In this document: positions 58,874-64,000 of the stretch, piece after piece
Layout: the number at the start of each line of letters is the position of its first letter
How positions within the stretch are numbered: position 1 is the first letter of the stretch
Source of the DNA: Neoechinorhynchus agilis
Lineage: Eukaryota; Animalia; Acanthocephala
Assembly: GCA_051530055.1 (NCBI GenBank)
Contig: CM121341.1
Span: forward strand, 18,578,784-18,642,783
DNA: 64,000 bases
Direction: 5' to 3'
Position numbers and translations under genes: made by a program
The notes under the pieces: generated by a model
Database searches by the model: none
The model's input: only the letters and a program-made list of their open reading frames with translations
Told to the model about the DNA's origin: nothing

Positions 58874-59809
58874 ATTTCAGTTCTTCGATAATCAGTTAAT
58901 TATAAATATTTTTTGACTCGATTGTAACTATGAAAGGTAGTATTAGAAGAGAATCGGGATTTAAAAAATAGTTGATTATTATTTTGCTATCGATGTTTTC
59001 ATAAGTATCATTTAAGAATCCGTCTAAAGAGCTTATAAGTATCATTCGAGGCCGTTGTTTATCTTAAGTGCAATCGCGATCATTTTATTCCTTCGTCAAT
59101 TCACTTTGATCTCTTATCGCGACCAAATCTTGCCAAGTACAATTGCTTGAAATAAGTTTAAAAAATCCTCTAATTTACATGCTCCCTGCTGAAACAGCGA
59201 GAGTGTTAGTTAATTTAAGACACTCGGATACTCCTGATGAAACGCAAAATCTTCAGGTTAGTATGAATGAGCCACACGCAAGGACCAATGTATTTTTTGG
59301 GCCCTGGTGAACACTCGAAATTCGCAGGAGTCCTCACGAACACTCGCATTTGCTGGAGATTGATTTCGGGACTTCTTTTAGATTCGTTGAGAAATTTGAG
59401 GAATTTTTTCGTAGGTAAGTTAACCATGGTTGGTAGAAATTGTTTTTGCTCTGTTAGTTGATTTTGGTTGATAATTGTTAGTTGTTGTCTTCCGTTCTTT
59501 CCTTCGAATCAATTCACATTTGGAGGATTGATCGGTTAGGAAGAAAGCGCTGTAAAGATTTGTGCGGGGAACTGAAGGGTAGAAAATGTTGGACCGAAGG
59601 AGAAATGTGTGGTAGAAATTGAGACGGAAGAGAATGAAGGCGCTTTAAGTGCTTTTGAAAGATAGAGGGGTTTTTCTGAGGGTAGGAGTTCGAAGGAGCG
59701 GACACCTCTTGTGAAATGTATTATTTTTTTGAATAGATTAAAAGAAAAATTTCAGAAGGTTGGATATGCGTAGGTGAGCGTCGATAGGATGGCCATCCAG
59801 GGCTTCCTT

Positions 59810-60360
59810 CTTATATCTTTCTCCTAAGCTACACAAACCAACAATACAATACCGACCCATAATAGCTAGCTACAATGTCTTCAATCATCGTTTGGCCCGA
59901 CCCCGAACGCGACTGGAAAAGTGTGAACAGTGCAAATTCTTCACGGCCGACGTTACGTCGTTATTTACGAAGATTCCACTCCAGGAGACAATTCCCATAG
60001 CAGCTGAGCTTCTACACAATCAATGCGAAGAACCGCGTCTTTATCATAAAACGTGGATAACTCTACTGTAGTGGTGCACATGCAAGACCGTTTTTGAATT
60101 CGATCAAGTTTTCCATGAACAACGCGGTGCGGATCGAAGCCCCCACGCTTCGGGTATTAGCAAAATCCGTGGATCTGAGCCGCATCCAGACTAGACTTGC
60201 TGTGCACGCTGTCTATATCGTCTCCTTTGTAGATAGCGACTGAAGAGGCAAGGAAAACCTTGTAAAATATTTCGCAATTAATAACTGAGTATCGATAACA
60301 CCGGGGACCAGATTCACCCACGTACAGTAAAATTTACCCCGAGGAAAATGATGTATAATA
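59810..60360 (+). mobile_element. Internally deleted Penelope-like element (RT fragment plus pLTR)
   Basis: KPTIQYRPIIASY, TADVTSLFTKIPL; pLTR homologous to 30090-30290, with a mutated hammerhead core at 60240-60276. Confidence 0.8.
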
Positions 60361-60419
60361 TCCATGATGCGTTCACTTTCGGTCAATGAAGGCCCCCTTT
60401 CCGCGCAAAACAATACGAA

Positions 60420-62230
60420 TATAGAACCGCGACCCTCCATGGTTCTCGCCTTTTCTTAAAACCCTTCAAATGCAGGTCACCAAAGCTTTCCGGTGAGGCA
60501 ATCCCGCTTACCCCTCCCTTCACACTGACCAAACGCATCCGAATAGCCCGCAAAGTATTCCTCTCATCTCGTCTCTCGTCCGTTCCCAATCGAAACTGGT
60601 GGCGTGAAATAAAAAATGTCACTGATCGTGGTAGATCAACCCCCTTCGCATCTCTCCCCAAATTTGATCTCCTCTCAATCCTCAACACCATGAATAAAAA
60701 CCTCTGTCCTCCCCAAACTTCCTCTCCATTGTCCCAACCTCCCCTCTCACTTTAGGACCCGCCCATTCATACATGCCCTTCCTTAGTTTCCCTCTCGAAA
60801 TCCTAGAGATCCTTAAACGCCTGACCCGCCATTCTTCCCCTATTTCGACTATCCGAAATTGGGCCATTCGTTTCATCATCCGGGAACTTATCGATCCTCC
60901 AACGCACATAACGAACCTTAGCTTTCTATTAAGCTCTTTCCATCGTGTCTTAAGGAAGCCCGTTTCGTCCCCCTGCCCAAAAACAATAAACGGATTTCCC
61001 CCACATCCTTTCGTCCCATTTCTATCCTCTCACCTTTCTCTAAAATCTTAGAAAAATGTTTTAAAACCCGCTTACTTCACTTCTTCCTCAAAAACATATA
61101 ACCTTCCCAATTCGCTTTCCGTCCCAATTACTCTTGTTCGGATGCCCTCCTCTGCATCTACGATACGCTTGTGTGCAGCTTAGATTCCAATCCAGAATCA
61201 ACCGTCCGTCTTATGCAACTGGATATTTCCAGGGCGTATGAGTCGGTTGATCACTCCCTTCTCCTCCAAGTATGTGCTTCCTTTGGCCTCCCAACCTGGC
61301 AACTCGCTTGGATTTCCTCTTTCCTCTCCAACCGCAAACAATATATTCAATGTGGAACTTCTTGCTCCTCTTATCTACCCATATTTAAAGGGGTCCCCGA
61401 AGGCGCCGTACTTTCCCCTCTCCTCTTTGGCATTTTTCTAAAGACCTTCATCCCCTCACTCCCCCTACCAAATATTTTCTCTGTGCCGATGACCTCACAG
61501 TCATTACCATCGCATCTCCGTCTCTCTCCCTCTCCACTACCATGGACGAGCTCAACCATCTCATTTCATCGCTCTCCACCCTAAACCTGTCCCCCACATT
61601 TCCAAACGCAACCTTATCCCCGCGCCTCCCTCTTCCCATCCAACGCTCCTCTTCTCTCCGAATACTGGGCGTGATTGATGCCCACATTTCATTTACATTC
61701 TCTAAAGCAAACCCTCGTCTTTACCTCCTCAAACTCCTCCGGCGTCTCGGCGTATCCCCTAAACACCTTGCCCACTTTTATCTCTCTGCCATCCTCCCTA
61801 TCCTTACATACGCCTACCTCACTTTCGTCGCCCTTTCCACCAATGCTCTCCATTCCCTCAAAACCTTCCACAAGGGAGCAGCGAGAATATGCGGGACTTC
61901 ACTCCCTCCCCTCGACGCCCACCTCCACTCCATTTTCTCCAAAAACGCCCACCGTCTTCTTCAACCCCCTACACAATTTTCTTTCCTCATCTCTAAATAC
62001 TCGTCCCTAGTAAACACCCGGAACCCCGACCTTTTTCATCCCCCCCCTCGCTCGTACCATCCTGTACCAAAAATCTTTCTTCCCCCAAGCCCAATCTTTC
62101 CTTCATAACCGGAGAACAAGGAAAGACTCCTAATCTGTCGTAGACAAATCCCACCTCCCTGAAAACTTCAGCAAAGATAGATGCTGGCAAGTGCATGGAC
62201 CGTTTTTCTTAATCAATAAAACGTGTTTAT
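60420..62230 (+). mobile_element. CR1/L2-like element copy
   Basis: High similarity to 22065-23960 with frameshifts and deletions. Confidence 0.85.
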
Positions 62231-63184
62231 ACTTCTAGACAAATAAACAATTTACGTGACAACAAAAACTACGCCGAAAAAATCCAAGACACGACAGAAT
62301 CGAGTTTTAAAGCGCCTGTGGCCGAATGTTAACTTCATAACCAATGCTATCACCAACGCCGAAGTCAAAAGCGCGTTGTTCACAAATGGGGAATTGGAGC
62401 AGAACGAGGTAGAGAAAAGAAACGCGGAGAAAGAGATTCTCGAGAACTAGGATGTTGTTTCGCTGGAGTTTAGACGGCGCGTTCAACATGATCAATGGAA
62501 CGCTATTGTAAACAACAGTTCAACGCGAAGAAGGCGGAGGCAATGCAGCATTCCAAAATTATCTTTTGGGAGAATGTTCAGATCAGAGTTGGCGGATTGT
62601 CGACTGATTTCTCAACCGCATGTTGTCGTTTCAATCGTTGTTGGTTAAGCAATTTCCGCGGTTGAAGCAAATGTTTATTTTGTACCGATATTTCGGAGTT
62701 TTTTAACAAAAGACCGACAATCTATAAAGGTAGAGTTAGAACAAGGTAAGTGAGGAACTTTACTTATCTCTTTGGTTTAGCACAATAACTCGTCGCACGT
62801 TACCCGTCTCCTCTCCACGACCACACCGTTCAGTAGCATTTTTCGCCTCTTGCGAGATGCGCAGTGCTTCACCGAGCGAAAGGGTATCTGACTGCCGTAT
62901 CATTGACATTGTTGAAAGTGGTGTTTGGCCCATAGTGTCGGCATGTAGGATACCGCGTTTGGATTCAGTGCATTACGCACGTGTTTTGACATTCGCACAT
63001 GGAGGTCCTCTACGTTTTCCCAATATAGACGACTCTTGCCACCTTCCGCCAAGTAAAGTTGATGATATGCTGTCTTCAAATCTACCTTGCTATTGAATTT
63101 ATATTGCGATACCTTTTGGACAATAGTGTCGATATAAGGGAGGCCATTATCGATTACTAGTAAGTTGATTGTCGTACCGAAGTC

Positions 63185-63258
63185 GGCCGAGTAGCTCAGT
63201 CGGTTAGAGCGTCACGCTAATAACGTGAATGTCGTGGGTTCGAGCCCCACCTTGGCCA
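63185..63258 (+). tRNA. tRNA-Ile (anticodon AAT)
   Basis: Identical 74 nt to 5383-5456. Confidence 0.97.
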
Positions 63259-63299
63259 GAGCGGATTCGGAAATGAATCATTAGCGGATGAACGAACTA

Positions 63300-64000
63300 A
63301 TGATTTCGATCGCTACACCTTCAACCACAGGAGGCTCCCACTTACCGCACAATCTCGCCCGAACTGATATTTCCGGCTTGGACTTGCCACCATCAAAAGA
63401 TGCTTACCGCCCAATCAGGAATAATGCGCCACTTAAACAACAATGCACATACGAGGACACAAATGCGCACGGGTCCCCTCGCTTGCAGCACAACGAGGCA
63501 ATGCCACTAGCGTGATAGCGACAGCCGAGGAAGGAGAGAGAGCGCGACAATCTCATGGCTAAGCTCGACGACAAGGGAGGTCTTGTCTCGATCGTATTTT
63601 ACATGTCCAGCTCTCAGATGAGGCATGGCGACAAGCTTCATTGCCTGTGTCATCTGGGAGATAGGGCATTCGGGCGCCAGTAGACCTTGCCTTGCCAGCC
63701 TTTCTTGAATCGTATGAGGGGAGTCAACCGATAGCGAAGAAAATTCTGAGGGAAAGTTTTGTCTTGACCAAGACTTTGTGGTGGCAGTTGAAGAATGGTG
63801 CCAGCAGACAGGCGCTAACCATGTTCCCGTGAATGGCCTCAGACAGTCTATCTGGGACAGACCTCTCGTCGCGAGAGCTCACAGCTCTCTACTTTTAGGT
63901 TCTCGCGATGGATCGTCCGAGCAAGCTAGTTGGCAATTTCGACACGAGAATCGGGGGCGTGGTTGGCTGCCGTTCCACTGGCATTTGTGGGAACTCTTCT
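63300..64000 (+). mobile_element. CRE-like fragments (3' end to ~63540, then internal segment)
   Basis: AAQRGNATSVIATAEEGE; 63560-64000 matches 38320-38710. Confidence 0.75.

Noticed and set aside
62250-63100. Short ORFs between the CR1/L2 copy and the tRNA
   Set aside because: No family motif identified; cannot be supported.

Overview
AT-rich, transposon-dense eukaryotic (most likely animal) genomic DNA; the species cannot be determined from the sequence. Recognisable host genes: UQCR11-like, VPS11, MRPL2, SNRNP35 (two copies), a divergent CPEB, PES1, a tandem-LOTUS protein, a duplicated secreted protein and two identical tRNA-Ile(AAT) genes. They sit among decayed CRE-like (RT+RLE) and CR1/L2-like non-LTR elements, one Ty3/gypsy fragment and many Penelope-like elements (PLEs). 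Main observations: (1) none of the three VPS11 interruptions fits GT-AG at the homology-defined positions, but all three fit AT...YAA, giving an uninterrupted 789-codon ORF, whereas all six MRPL2/PES1 introns are GT-AG; (2) 13 minimal hammerhead-like cores occur in PLE pseudo-LTRs, with an extra purine after CUGAnGA and only a 4-nt palindrome in place of stem III; (3) four pLTR fold-back palindromes, two inside host introns; (4) a large inverted segmental duplication (34149-41407 vs 53180-57831) with patchy identity; (5) a circularly permuted PLE with an intact 763-aa ORF. All family calls are by-eye motif recognition; no searches or folding programs were run.
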